DNA of 60,434 nucleotides, filler included. It is 8 parts of 8 records of this genome, joined end to end, with 100 filler letters (N's around TTAATTAATTAA, not from the genome) between each part and the next. Parts side by side here need not be neighbours in the genome. Positions count along the whole stretch, not along the records: positions 17,448 to 22,709 come from SRR31147125_29757; positions 22,810 to 28,562 come from SRR31147125_29783; positions 28,663 to 34,243 come from SRR31147125_29788; 5 more parts are not named here. One strand, given 5' to 3'. Below the pieces are notes generated by a model, which ran no database searches, had not been told where the DNA came from, and saw only the letters and a program-made list of their open reading frames with translations. A program made the translations under genes and the position numbers. Of this stretch, positions 19,539-32,341 are shown piece after piece (position 1 is the first letter of the stretch; each line of letters begins with the position of its first letter).

Positions 19539-21437
19539 ATGAGCGAATATGTCGGCACCGCTTTATTTGTATATGATGAAAGCGGGGGACAATTCCGGGA
19601 AGACCTGATAGCAAATGACCTCGGCTGTTCCATTTCGGCTGTATCCAGCGCTGAGTTGCGGGAGAACAGGGCAGCATTTCTCAAGGACACCGATCATGTC
19701 GTCGTCGCCGGTTCGTTACCGGTCGTCAAGGAACTGTTTCAACTGGCAATAGAATACGGGTTCAGTGTCGGCTTGATGCCGCTTGACACACAGCTCGCGC
19801 TGAGGCGCTGCTACCGAATCCCCGAAGATCGTCGCCAGGCATTACTGCTAGCGCTCGATGCCAGCCATGCAGAAATTGATATCGTGTTCTGCAACGACCA
19901 GATCGTTCTTTTCAAAAGCGTCGTCGGCTGGGTGCCGATGATCGACAGTCGGATTAACAAGAGCAAACTCAGGATCGTCATCGATGCGATCCGTGAGATG
20001 AGTTCGCTCCACCTCCTACCGTTTTCGATTTCGACTCTGGGAAATAACCGGAACGAGGTGCGTACCGCCGCCTGTGGCTGTGTCATTCTCGAAAACCCGG
20101 AGTCGAGCTATGCCTCATCGATGATCGGCAACGACGGATCATTTAATGATTCGATGATTTCGGCGGTAATCATCGCCCCGTTCTCGATCCTCGACTATCT
20201 GAAACTGCTCTGGCGGCGAGTCTTTACCGATCCCAATTCAGGCAAACTTCCCCCTTCCGTCGGCCATATCAAATCGCCGGAAATGATCATCAAGCCGGGT
20301 CCGCGGCTCGATGTATCCATTGACGGTGAACTGACAACCGTGACCCCCGCACATTATCGCGTACAACCGGCTGCGATTAAGGTAAATCATGGTTTCGTAA
20401 AGGATAAAGACGGCCGGAAGGGCGTGTCACAGAAAGAGAAATTCTCCATCGCCAACCTGCCTGCAGGTAAAGAGCTCGAAAAGCAGCGTACGAAGCGGGT
20501 TCCCTTTTTTACTTATGCATCAGAAGATAGATTCAAGGATCTGTTCATCGCCCTGCGCAACGATGCCCGATTCAGCGCGACCTATGTCGTACTGATGACG
20601 CTGAGCACAGTTCTGGCGACGACCGGACTCTATCTCGACAGTGCTTCGGTTATTATCGGGGCAATGCTGCTGGCCCCCCTGATGGCCCCGATCATTTCCC
20701 TGGCAATGAGCCTGCTCCGCTACGACCGTAAGCTGTTTAAACAGTCGTTCATAACAGTCTGCGTCGGTATCGGGTTGGCGCTGGGCGTCGCGACATTGCT
20801 TGCCGCTCTGTCGCCATACCAGCCGATTACCGGTGAGATGCGGGCCCGGCTACAACCGTCTCTGCTGGATCTGGCCGTGGCAGTCGTTGCCGGTGTCGCG
20901 GGTGCTTACACGAAATCATTCAAAGAGATCCTGCAGAGTCTGGCCGGAGTGGCTATTGCTGTCGCGTTGGTACCGCCCCTCGCAGTGGCAGGAATCGGGC
21001 TCGGAAGGTTCGACCTGGTCTTTTTCGGAAACGCGTTTTTATTGTTCAGTACGAACCTCGTAGGGATCGTGCTCGCGGCAACGATCACCTTTCGAGTGCT
21101 TGGCTATTCTCCGGTTTTGAGGGACAAACGTGCATTTTTTGTCGTTCTCGGCTTTCTTGCTATTATCACCGTACCGCTGACGCTTACTTATGACAAAATC
21201 ACGGATCGGGCCGTGGCGGAGAATAAATGGGAACATGAACGGTTTCTCGTCAATGGAAAATACCTGATTGTCAATGAAGCCTTTACTGTCAGCTACCATG
21301 GGAAAACCCTGCTTATCGTCGATCTGCATGCCCGTGAACCGCTGACCAGAAAAGATTTGAGCGAGTTCAAGAGAAAAATTCGCCGGAATTTTTCGGAAGA
21401 TTTGAAAATACGGGTAAAAATCACCTATATCCCCTGA
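19539..21437 (+). CDS. TIGR00341/DUF389 membrane protein with N-terminal degenerate diacylglycerol-kinase-like domain
   Basis: DSASVIIGAMLLAPLM and GVAIAVALVPPL (DUF389); N-terminal IDIVFCN...SIDGE features of the DAGK fold. Confidence 0.85.
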   Translation: MSEYVGTALFVYDESGGQFREDLIANDLGCSISAVSSAELRENRAAFLKDTDHVVVAGSLPVVKELFQLAIEYGFSVGLMPLDTQLALRRCYRIPEDRRQALLLALDASHAEIDIVFCNDQIVLFKSVVGWVPMIDSRINKSKLRIVIDAIREMSSLHLLPFSISTLGNNRNEVRTAACGCVILENPESSYASSMIGNDGSFNDSMISAVIIAPFSILDYLKLLWRRVFTDPNSGKLPPSVGHIKSPEMIIKPGPRLDVSIDGELTTVTPAHYRVQPAAIKVNHGFVKDKDGRKGVSQKEKFSIANLPAGKELEKQRTKRVPFFTYASEDRFKDLFIALRNDARFSATYVVLMTLSTVLATTGLYLDSASVIIGAMLLAPLMAPIISLAMSLLRYDRKLFKQSFITVCVGIGLALGVATLLAALSPYQPITGEMRARLQPSLLDLAVAVVAGVAGAYTKSFKEILQSLAGVAIAVALVPPLAVAGIGLGRFDLVFFGNAFLLFSTNLVGIVLAATITFRVLGYSPVLRDKRAFFVVLGFLAIITVPLTLTYDKITDRAVAENKWEHERFLVNGKYLIVNEAFTVSYHGKTLLIVDLHAREPLTRKDLSEFKRKIRRNFSEDLKIRVKITYIP

Positions 21438-21444
21438 CTTGACT

Positions 21445-22592
21445 ATGCTGTTGAATACCGCTTCTCACGCCATTTCCATGGTTTTTATACTGGCCCTTTT
21501 CTTTCTGCCCGCATGTGAGGCGGAGGAAGAAAGAGAGCCTCCTGGCAAGACTGTTAAAATCGGCATTATTGGTCCATTTAGCGGAGAAGATAAGAAGTGG
21601 GGGAGAACGGTATGCTGGGCGTCGAGACTGCACTCAGGTTGTTTGACCAGAACCAGGAACGTTTCAGGATCGAACTGGTAAAGATGGATGATGCGAACGA
21701 TCCGGTAAAAGCACGCACGGTCTTTCGTGAGCTCGTAACAAAGGAGCAGGTTGCGGCTGTAATCATGTTGTCGGGAAGCGTTTCTACCCTGGCGGTTGCC
21801 AGGATCGCAGATATATATGAAACACCCGTGCTATTGGCACTTTCCACCCACCCGGCGGTAACCGAAAATGATTGGCTCAGCCAGATCGTGTTTGAAGATC
21901 GATTCCAGGCTACCGTTGCCGCTCTGTTCGCAGTGGACGAGCTGCTGCTTGACCAGGCAGGGGTGGTAAAGGACAGTAGCGATCCCCATTCTACTTACCT
22001 CGCCGACACCTTTACAGAGAAGTTCACGGGTGCCGGAGGGCTGGTTGAACAAGTCGATATCGCTCTGGTTGATGAAAAGAAGGCGGCATCCCGGCTGCGC
22101 GATGCAAATCTCGACTTCGTATACATAGCGGCAGGGGTCGATACAATCACCGCTTTCGAAAGAGGTGCGAGGGACATGGGGTGGCATCCGCAGGTCATGG
22201 TCAGCGACGGCATCCTCGCCCTCATGCTGCTGGCTGAAGATCTGGATATGCAATTGGTGGAGGGAATGCTTGCAACAGATGTCTATTCGATGATCGAGGA
22301 TCATACCCCGTACGGTCGAGCTGTAACGGCTCAGTTTAAAGAATTGTTCAGTATCAGGGGCACGACGATTACCGCATTGAGCTGTGAAGCGACCTCGATC
22401 ATGGTTCGGGCCGTTGCACAATGCGCTGACCGGTTCGACAAACGGTGCATTAACCGAAACCTTCGCAGTGGCAGGGAATTCGAAGGATTATTCGGTCCGG
22501 TACTGATAGGAACAGACGGAAAGGCGGAGCGACCGGTTTTCATCAATCGGATTCACAACGGAGAACTGCAATATCTGTTCAAGGTTAATTGA
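21445..22592 (+). CDS. ABC-type branched-chain amino acid substrate-binding lipoprotein (type I PBP), poly-G indel near 21600
   Basis: Lipobox-like FLPAC; VKIGIIGPFSG; DDANDP; C-terminal FEGLFGPVLIGTDGKAER. Confidence 0.8.
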
Positions 22593-22709
22593 GGTGGATA
22601 AATTCTGATCAGCACTGAAAACGAGGAGTAACATTACCCGGTCCTGCCTGACATCCAAATACCCAAATAGCAAAAAAATAAACAGGAAGAGGTTACACCA
22701 TCCTTGATC

Positions 22710-22809
22710 NNNNNNNNNNNNNNNNNNNNNNNNNNNNNNNNNNNNNNNNNNNNTTAATTAATTAANNNNNNNNNNNNNNNNNNNNNNNNNNNNNNNNNNN
22801 NNNNNNNNN
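22710..22809. other. Artificial contig linker
   Basis: 44 N + TTAATTAATTAA + 44 N. Confidence 0.99.
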
Positions 22810-23517
22810 TTTTTCATGGCCGAACAGCTCACTCTCCAGCAGCGTTTCACTCAATGCCGCGCAGTTGACCGCCACAAAGGGTCCATCCGACCGGTCGCTG
22901 TAAACATGAACCGATTTGGCAACCAGCTCCTTTCCGGTACCTGAATCACCGGAGATCAATACATTACAGTTTGTCGGGGCAATCTGATGGATCAACGCTT
23001 CGATTTCACGAATTTTTCTGCTTTCTCCAATAATGACCGGTGCCTGAAATGCACCGGTGAAAGCGGACGAGGAAGGGTCGGAGTCGGGAGTGTTTGATGC
23101 CGGAGCATGGGAATGGCAAGCATCGGCTCCTTGCATCGCCTCTCTCCGAAGCCTTTGATGCTCAAGCGCTTCAGCGATTTTCTCCATGAACTGATCCGGA
23201 GTGAACGGCTTTTCCAGATAGGAAAACGCCCCTTCCCGGGTGGCTTCAATGGCACTTTCAATGGTGGCATACCCGGTCATGAGAATCACTTCCGTATCCG
23301 GAAAATGGGTTTTGACATTGATCATCAATTCCATGCCGTCCATGCCTTCCATTTTTATATCCGTCACAACCAGATCATAATGGGTGGATTTCATCTGCCT
23401 TAAAGCACCTAATGCATCGGTATATGATGAAACGCCGTAACCGTTTTTTTCCACCAGTCGCCTCAGTCGTTTCAACGCAATGACTTCATCGTCCACAAGC
23501 ATGATTCTGGGTTGCAT
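22810..23517 (-). CDS. Sigma54-dependent response regulator (NtrC family), partial
   Basis: REC domain IMLVDDE...VTDIKM...KPF; AAA+ GDSGTGKE and ESELFGHEK. Confidence 0.92.
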
Positions 23518-23913
23518 TTGATTGATTTCCTTTTCCTCCTTTGTTTCTCGGGAATCATCACTTCTCATTTTTCATCCCGCATGGAGAAAGATACATATTT
23601 TCAACCCGATCCGTCTCCTGCGCCGCGCCTACGTCAACGATAAAAAAAACCGATTTTTCATTGTGATTTTACCTTAACTCGGTCAGAATTGCTACACAAG
23701 AGATATTCTCGACCCATGTCATTATCCCCGTTTTTCTGGAATTCTAATCAAAAATGTGTAAAGTAAATGAATTTTTCGGGTCTGACTGCTCTGTACTTTC
23801 AGTTGCGTATAGTGCCGGTGACAAAGCAAATAAGTGAAGCGCGTTAAAAGTTGTTTGTCCATCCGGACAAATCGATTCCGACTCATGCAACTTTTGCTTG
23901 GAGAGAACTAAAC

Positions 23914-26900
23914 ATGAAAATAGTCGGCTACATTTTTTACTTTTTATATTTACCCATTGTAATTATATGTTTTGTTCAAAAAGAGGTAATCATTGCAAAA
24001 GAGAGCTCACCTTCTTTTGCCAAATCGGTGGAAAAGGTTATCTATCCGGCTTTGGAAGACAAAAATGACCCCAGGCAGGCATATCAGCGAAAGCTGCTAC
24101 GCCTGACCCTTTCGGCAACCAGAACCGAATATGGAGACTACGAGCTGGTCAACTCAGACCAAAGCCTTTCATACTCCCACCAAAATGAGCAGCATCAGAC
24201 ATTGATGGCCGGACTTGACGATAAGCTCAGCGTCATTGCCAAGGCAACCAACATCGAGCTTGAAAAGCGTCTGACCCCGGTGAGGATTCCGATCTACAAG
24301 GGGATGTTGGGATATCGTATTTTTCTAATCAATGCCGAAGATCAGCCCCTTTTCACCCCTTCCATGAGCCTTGAAGATCTAAAGCACACCATTACCATCG
24401 GTCAGGGGGAAAGCTGGGGGGATGTATCGATTCTCAAGTCCGCCGGTTTTAACGTAAAGACTGAAAAACTGTACCGTGAACTGTTTGACGCCCTACAGCA
24501 AGGCAAATTCACCGCCTTTGGCCGAGGCATACACGAAGCACCAGTCGAACTCGATGCCTATGGCAATCAATACCCCAATATGCGTGTGGAAAAAAATCTG
24601 ATCCTCCACTACCCCTTTCCGGTATATTTCTTCACTTCCAAAACCATACGGGGAAAAAGATTGGCGGAACGGATCCGAAAAGGGTTTGATACACTCATCA
24701 AACGGGGGATTTTGAATTAATGTTTCTCAGCCATTATGGTTCTATCCTAAAAAAACCAACTTCTACCATCGAAAACAGATAGATATCCCCAACCCTCACT
24801 TACCCGATTCCGCCCCGTTGGATAATTCAAATTATTGGATCACCGGCATTGATCTGCCTGAAAAGGGATTAATCAATCCAGGGCGTCCAAAACAGATACA
24901 ACTCACCATGGAAGAGCAGGCGTTCCTTAAAGCGCACCCCGTCATCAACGTCGGTAATGAACTTGATTTTCCGCCGTTTGACTTTGCCATCAATGGTGAA
25001 CCGAAAGGCTACAGTATTGATCTTCTCAATCTTCTGGCTCAAAAGATAGGAATCCGCATCAACTATATCAACGGCTACAACTGGACAGAACTTGTGGCTC
25101 TTTTCAAAGCGGATAAATTGGATCTGCTGCATTCGCTTCGCATTACACCCCAACGGAAGAAATTCGGTCTCTTTTCCGAAGGCTACACCCGCTCTAAAAC
25201 CCATTTTATAACCCGCATAGAGAATCCTGATATTCATGAGATGACAGACCTTTACGGAAAAACGGTTGTCGTTGCCAAAGGGTGGAAGCAAGAAGAGTAT
25301 CTTTCAACCAAACATCCTCAAATCAAATTGCTCAAGGTCGATAATTTGGAAGAGAAGCTGGAAGCCGTCTCGAAAGGGGATGCCTATGCCAGCCTTGATA
25401 ATGAAACCACTGCAGGATATATGATAAAAAAGATGGGTTTGCGTGATCTTAAAATATCCGGATGGTCAAAAAAGTTGGACAAGGGAAAAGCGACGAAATA
25501 CCATTTCATGGCTCACCAAGATGCCCCTTTGCTGATTACAATGCTGAACAAAGCTCTGAAAAGTATCACCATTGATGAAATTGACGCCCTTGATGCCAAA
25601 TGGTTTGGCGGAACAGATAGGGAAGTCTCGGAAATCTCATCGATCAAGCTCACCCCAAAAGAAAAACAATACCTTTCCCGCAAAGGAAGTCTGAAGATGT
25701 GTGTTTTGCCGGACTGGCTACCCTATGAACGGATCAATGAAAAAGGGGCGCATGAGGGGATTGCCGAAGATATCATCAGGATTGTGGAACGTCGCATTGA
25801 CACACCCATCGAGTTATACCCAACGAATACATGGGCGGATTCACTAAAATGCATTCAGGAACGAAAATGCGATTTCCTCCCCATTGCCTTCAATATCATG
25901 GATCATCAGAACTATCTGGATTATACCCGGCCGTTCATTGTGGAGCCGTTTGTCATTGCAACACGACTGAATGCCCAATTTCTACGGGATGCTTCCGAAA
26001 TCGCAGATCAGAAGGTCGGTGTCATCAAAAGATATGAAACTGCGGGTAAACTCAAAAAAGCATACCCGGAAATGCAGATTGTGGATGTATTAAACCCTCG
26101 GGATGGATTGAAACGCGTACAATCCGGAGAGCTATTGGGATACATCGATTTTTTACCCACCATCGCCTACACCATTCAAAAAAACGGCATGGTTGATCTG
26201 AAAATCAATGGTCGGCTGGAGTTTGACATCGACATTTCCATGGCAACCCGGAATGATGAACCCCGGTTGCTGTCGATTATGCAAAAAGCCATTGACTCAA
26301 TCAGCGCAAAGGAGCAGAGAAGCATTGTCAATAACTGGATTTCAGTTAAGTTTGAAAGTGGGATGGATTACCGCCTCATCTGGAAAATCATCGCTAGCGT
26401 CGGTTTAATTCTTGGTTTAATATTTTTCTGGATGAGCCGCATGGCGGTGATGAACAGGAAAATTTCAGCAGCCAATCAAAAGATCCATGCAGCAAATCAA
26501 AAAATCGAAGCGGCCACCCAAGCCAAAAGCGAGTTTTTGGCAAACATGAGCCATGAGATCCGTACTCCCATGAATGCCATTATCGGATTATCGCGATTGG
26601 CTTTAAAAACGGATTTACTTCCCAAACAGTTGGATTATTTGAAAAAAATAGAGTCCTCGGCAGACTCTTTGTTATGTATTATTAATGATATTCTTGATTT
26701 TTCCAAAATTGAAGCCGGCAAGTTGAATATGGAGTCCGTTGACTTCAACCTGAAAGAAGTGTTTGATAATGTTTCCAATTTGATAGCGGTTAAGGCAGAA
26801 GCAAAAGGGTTGGAATTGATATTTAAAATTGATACAAATATTCCCAAACAGTTGATTGGAGATCCTTTTCGACTGGGTCAAATTTTAATTAATTTAGCGA

Positions 26901-28426
26901 ATAATGCGGTTAAATTTACAGATTCCGGACAAATACTCATAACGACAAACAGTATTTCAGACACCAACTCCCTTGACGGAAATGAAGTATTGCTACAATT
27001 TTCCGTGCAAGACAGCGGCATTGGAATGACAGGGGAAAAAATCGACAAGCTGTTCACCGCTTTTTCGCAGGCCGACACTTCCACCACTCGAAAATATGGC
27101 GGGACCGGCCTTGGATTGACCATTTCAAAACAACTGACGGAAATGATGGGGGGGCGGATTTGGGTGGAAAGCGAGTATGGAAAAGGCAGTAACTTTTTAT
27201 TTACCGCAAAATTCAAGTTGTTGATCGATCTACAGGAACAACTGAGCTGCCCGGTAAATATTTCCGGTGGTCGGGAACAGATCGTTGATGACAATCCAAA
27301 GGCCCCCGTCAACAGCCATAAATCGACCACCATTCCCAAAACGGTTGAAGGGCTGGAACAGATTCGGGGATCAAAAATTCTTCTGGTGGAAGACAATCAA
27401 ATCAACCGGCAGGTCGCAATGGAACTGCTGGAAAACGAAAGCTTTTGGATCACTATTGCCAAAAATGGAGAAGAAGCGGTGCATCAGGTGACCAAAGGGC
27501 AATTTGACGCGGTGCTCATGGACGTCAATATGCCGATAATGGATGGATTCACTGCCACCGCCATCATTCGAAATTCATTTAAACGAGAAGTGTTACCGAT
27601 CATTGCCATGACCGCCCATGCAATTTCAGGCTACAGAGAAAAATGTCTCAACGCCGGAATGAACGATTACATATCCAAACCCATCAATCCAATAGCTCTA
27701 TTTACGACTCTGGTCAAGTGGATCGAACCGGGCAAGCGAGAGGGTCCTGTGAAACGACGCCCCGAAGAGATGGGCGGGACAATTCTCCCCGATACACTGC
27801 CCGGAATCGATATCAACGCAGGTCTGGAAAAGGTTGCAGGGAAAAAGGCGGTATATAAAAGATTGTTAACAAGATTTTATCTCAATAATTCCACCGCAGT
27901 GAAGAAGATCGATGACGCCTGTAAAAAGGGGGACATTGCCAAAGCATTGAGTGTTGCCCATGGCTTGAAAGGTGTGGCAGGAAATTTGGGAGCAAATGAC
28001 CTGTATAAAGTGACGGCTGATCTTGAAAAGAGGTTACAAAGTGAGAATCAGGAGAACATGACACCGTTGCTGGAGGCGATATCTCGGGAATTGATTATCG
28101 TTATGGAAGGCATCAATACACTGGGTAAAACAGGTAAGACAGCCCCGGAGAAGAAAATGACGCCCCGGGCTGAGGCTTTCACTGTTGACAAGAAGCAGGT
28201 AGAAACACTACTCAATGAATTGATTGAGTTGATGGAAGAAGATATTCGAAAAGCCAAAAATAAACTTGAAGAGTTACAAGCCTTGTTTGGCGACACACCG
28301 GCAATTGAAAAAATAGCAAATTTGCTTGAGGATTATGACACTGATGAAGCTGTCACCGAGATCGTCAACTTTGGACAACAATTGGACATCGACGTAACTT
28401 CTGATACATTATCGAGTAAAATTTAG
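23914..28426 (+). CDS. Hybrid sensor histidine kinase: three periplasmic solute-binding domains, HisKA, HATPase, REC and HPt; the first domain is split off by two homopolymer indels (~24705 and ~24755)
   Basis: [44 protein letters not shown]...[18 protein letters not shown]. The repaired linker reads [12 protein letters not shown]...[18 protein letters not shown]. Confidence 0.85.
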
Positions 28427-28440
28427 GTAAAGGAACAACC

Positions 28441-28562
28441 GTGTACGAACATAATGAAAACCAGCGAATATTAATCGTTGATGATAGGGTGGAAAACATC
28501 GACGTTCTTATGGAAGTTCTTGATGAACAGTATATGGTTATTGCGGCAAGAAATGGAGAAAA
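28441..28562 (+). CDS. Response regulator, N-terminal fragment
   Basis: AAGGA RBS; GTG start; RILIVDDRVENIDVLMEVL...AARNGE. Confidence 0.75.
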
Positions 28563-28662
28563 NNNNNNNNNNNNNNNNNNNNNNNNNNNNNNNNNNNNNN
28601 NNNNNNTTAATTAATTAANNNNNNNNNNNNNNNNNNNNNNNNNNNNNNNNNNNNNNNNNNNN
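28563..28662. other. Artificial contig linker
   Basis: 44 N + TTAATTAATTAA + 44 N. Confidence 0.99.
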
Positions 28663-28987
28663 ATTTCTGAGAATATTTCGCAAGCTGTCCCTGTGTGGGC
28701 AGACTCATGTCGATAGCGCCGAGGATGTTCTGTTCCAGAACTTCCGGTGGTGCACCGAGCTGGTTATTGGGGAAGATGGAAACCGTAATGGCACCGCCGG
28801 TTCTTTCCTCCACGGCTTCGGCAAACATGATGCAGGCTTCATTGCCCGTATGGGACTCGTTTGCGAAGTGTCCGATTTTCAGTTCGATGGGCTCAGGTGC
28901 GGCCTCCGGGCTTTCGTCGGCACCTGCTCCGAAGCAGAATGCGGCGAGGGATGCCAACAACATCAGAGATAAGAGACTTTTCTTCAT
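28663..28987 (-). CDS. TRAP transporter substrate-binding protein (DctP family), partial
   Basis: AAGGAG RBS; signal peptide; FAEAVEERTGGAITVSIFPNNQLG...GAIDM. Confidence 0.88.
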
Positions 28988-29010
28988 AAGATACTCCTTA
29001 GCTTCTCTAT

Positions 29011-29026
29011 TGCACGATTCATGCCA
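29011..29026 (-). promoter_or_regulatory. Putative sigma54 promoter of the TRAP gene
   Basis: Minus strand TGGCAT-GAATC-GTGCA; candidate enhancer palindrome TTGCAATTTCTGCAA near 29114-29128. Confidence 0.65.
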
Positions 29027-29287
29027 CAAGGCTCCGTGTAATTCAGCATGCATTATTTTGTTACTCTAAAAGTATTTAAATAAGTAACCGAGAATCTGTC
29101 CGTTGCCTCCTGATTGCAATTTCTGCAATCACGGTGCAAGATGTGCGCAGTGCTTCGAAGATTGGGGAATAGCAGAGACTAGAAAGAGCCCATGGCTCCT
29201 GGCCGCTGTTTGCAGCCGCGAGAATGGTGATTCCCGGTTGATTTTCGGCCTTCCCCAATCTGCGATGCACTGGGTAAGATCTGCAGC

Positions 29288-30971
29288 CTATTCCGGCATC
29301 GAGAAGAACGTGATTCGGGTGCGAGCGCCCTTCGGTTCATTGTCTTCCAGTTCGATCTGCGCACCGTGGGCAGCCAGTACCTGATAACAGATGGACAGAC
29401 CGAGTCCGGTACCGTTTTCTTTTGTAGTGAAATAGGGATCAAAAACCCTGTCGATAACACCTCTGTCGAAGCCCGGTCCGGTGTCCGTGATATTCACAAC
29501 CAGGTCTCCATCCCGACCGCTTGTCAGACAAATTCAATGACATCTCCTTCTCCGGTCATTTCAAGGGAATTGGTGAGGATATTCGTCATCACCTGCTCGA
29601 TTTTCAGCACATCGAAGTAGAAACAATCCCTCCGGGCGTCGGATTCGAACCGGACAGCCACGCCCTTTTCAGCACCCAGCAGTTCAAACTTTCTATGGAC
29701 GTTCCCCAACAGCCTTTCCATGGAAAACCTTTCCAGGCTCAGCTCATTCGGTTTGGCGATTTCTAGGATCTCCCGAACGAAGCGGCCGGCATTGGCGATT
29801 TCGTGACTGATGATATCTTCGTATTTCCGGTTATTTTCCTTGTTCTTCGATTGGATCGCCATCTGTATCACCTGAAGGGGATGGCGGATTTCATGGGCCA
29901 TTCGGGAGGAAATCCGGCCGAGGAAACTGAATCGATCATCTGTACGCAGTTGAATGTTCCGCTTGTTCAGCATATTGAAGGCATTGGCCAGGGACTGAAG
30001 CTCATCATTGGTCTTCACAGATATCTCGTTGTTGAAATCTCCCTGAAGCATTTTGTTCACCATTTCGGTGAGAGAGACGATGGGATTGGAGATAAGTTGA
30101 GATATCCCGATGGAAATCACACTGATCATGACAATGATGAGAATCATGATGAGGATGTAGAATCGGATGAAGGCTCCATGCTGGAAGAACAGGGCGTCTC
30201 TACCGATGCTGCCGACTAGTTTCCAGTTGTTGATGAGTGTGGTGACAAAGATACTGCGGTCTTTTCTGTGCTGGTTGGTTGTATGAACCTCACCCCAGGC
30301 GTCATGCTCCGTTTCGCCCATGAGACTGATGTCCGAGTGGGCGATAATCCGGCCTCCAGCATCGCCGCCGGTGTGCTGCGAGATGTCGACAAGGGCGATG
30401 TCATCGAACATATCGTAGGTGTAGTAGCGAAGTAGTCGTCGGAGCTCCGATAAATCGATCGATCCACCGAGCAGGCCGGTGACACGTCCGGCTTTCTTGA
30501 CCGGAACCGCGAAGATAACGATTCCTTCCAGTGCCGGGTCATAGCGCTGGTCGGGCACATAGTACATAAACAGGAGCTCCCCCGTGAAAAACCGTTGGAA
30601 ATCCTCATAACCGGTGATTGTTCCACTGTGGTTCCCGGTGCTCCAGTAGTCACCATTTTCGGCGAAGAACCAGAAGTGTTCGAAGTCAAAGGATTGATTG
30701 CTCCATCGCTGCAGCAGATATTCCCGGTATCGAGTCTGCGCTCCTTCGTTGAAGGTTTCCGACCCAGCCAGTATCATCAGCTCCCGGACTCTACCGGAAA
30801 CCCAATCGCTGAGCACCCGGGAGAGATTCAGCATCTGCAGGTCCTTCTTCTCGATCATTGATGCTTCATAGGAGTTCCGGTAGGTGATGTAGGCGTAGCT
30901 GGAAAAGATGATGTAGATGCTGAGTGTGGGGATGAGTACCTGAAAAAAACCCGGTACCTGAGGTGTTTCAT
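29288..30971 (-). CDS. Membrane sensor histidine kinase (Cache-like, HAMP, HisKA, HATPase); indels near 30948 and 29530
   Basis: ATG overlaps the upstream stop (ATGA); MAHEIRHPL, NILTNS, DTGPG, FTTKENGTGLGL. Confidence 0.88.
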
Positions 30972-32305
30972 CGTTCCAGCTTGTAATACAGTCCCCGCTG
31001 GGAGATTCCCAGCGCTTCGGCGGTGGCCTTTTTATTACCTTCCAGCATATCAAGAGCCCAGTTGATGTAGGAATCCTCCAGTCTCTGGAGGGGCACCAGT
31101 CCTATTTCGTCGAACTTCATCGGCAGGGTTTTCAGAGATTCCAGGAAGAGTGATTCTTTCCGGATGGAGTCCCCTGTCTCAACGATGACGGCCCTTTCGA
31201 TACAGTTCCTCAATTCCCTGATGTTGCCCGGCCATGGGTACTCCAGAAGTGCTTCCCGGGCCTCCGGAGAGAATCGGCATTTCCTGCGGGACAGCTTCAG
31301 GCACATCTGCGAAAGAAGCCAGTCCGACAGGATGGGAATATCTTCCCGGCGCTCTCTCAGCGGCGGAATCATCAGGGGGAAAACGTTGACTCGGTAGTAA
31401 AGGTCTTCCCGAAACGATCCCTCACGGCATTTATCCGCGAGAATCTCATTGGTCGCGGCGATGATCCTCACATTGAGTTGAATCCTCTTGTTGGAACCCA
31501 GGCGGGTGATTTCTTCTTCTTGAAGGAACCTGAGGAGTGATACCTGAGCTTTGGGTGACATCGCCTCGATTTCGTCGAGGAACAGGGTGCCGCCGTCGGC
31601 GAATTCAAGTTTTCCCATCTGGTCCCTGGAAGCCCCGGTAAAAGCTCCCTTCACGTACCCGAACAGCTCACTTTCCAGCAGGTTCTCCGGCAGGGCACCA
31701 CAGTTGATAGGCACAAAATTGCTGTCCTTCCGTGAGCTGCCCTTATGAATGAGTCGGGCCAGAACCTCTTTGCCGGTACCGGTTTCTCCCTGAAGCAGGA
31801 CGGTTGAGTTGACGTTCTTCAACGGCCCGATTTTTTCCAGCAGGGAAAGATACGCTGCCGAACGACTATCGAAGCAGTACTCGTCATTCTTGTCCATTTC
31901 CTGAGACAGGAAACGGTTAGTTGTTTTCAGTTCTCCGTGATCGATTGCTTTCTCGATAATAATCAGGAGTTCGTCGATCTGAATGGGTTTGGTCAGGTAG
32001 TCAAAGGCGCCGAGTTTCAATGCTTCAACAGCGTTCTCGATGCTGCCGAAGGCGGTCATCATGATGAATTGGCTATCGAAATGACTTTTATTGCAGAGGC
32101 CGAGGAGCTCCAGTCCGTTCTTCCCCGGCAGCACAAAGTCCGAAACCACCACCTGGTACCGGTAGTCGTTTAACCGTTCCTCCGCCTCTTCATAGGAATG
32201 CGATATGTCGACGGTGTATCCTTTCGGAAGCAGCAGATCACGGATGATCGCAGCCAGAGACACATCGTCATCGACAAGGAGTATTCGGATTGTTCTCTGA
32301 TTCAT
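30968..32305 (-). CDS. Sigma54-dependent response regulator (NtrC family)
   Basis: REC domain; GETGTGKE; ESELFGYVKGAFTGA; WPGNIREL; C-terminal HTH. Confidence 0.95.
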   Translation of the reverse strand: MNQRTIRILLVDDDVSLAAIIRDLLLPKGYTVDISHSYEEAEERLNDYRYQVVVSDFVLPGKNGLELLGLCNKSHFDSQFIMMTAFGSIENAVEALKLGAFDYLTKPIQIDELLIIIEKAIDHGELKTTNRFLSQEMDKNDEYCFDSRSAAYLSLLEKIGPLKNVNSTVLLQGETGTGKEVLARLIHKGSSRKDSNFVPINCGALPENLLESELFGYVKGAFTGASRDQMGKLEFADGGTLFLDEIEAMSPKAQVSLLRFLQEEEITRLGSNKRIQLNVRIIAATNEILADKCREGSFREDLYYRVNVFPLMIPPLRERREDIPILSDWLLSQMCLKLSRRKCRFSPEAREALLEYPWPGNIRELRNCIERAVIVETGDSIRKESLFLESLKTLPMKFDEIGLVPLQRLEDSYINWALDMLEGNKKATAEALGISQRGLYYKLER

Positions 32306-32341
32306 TTCAGGGACCGATACTATATTCGCTCCAGTTGGACG

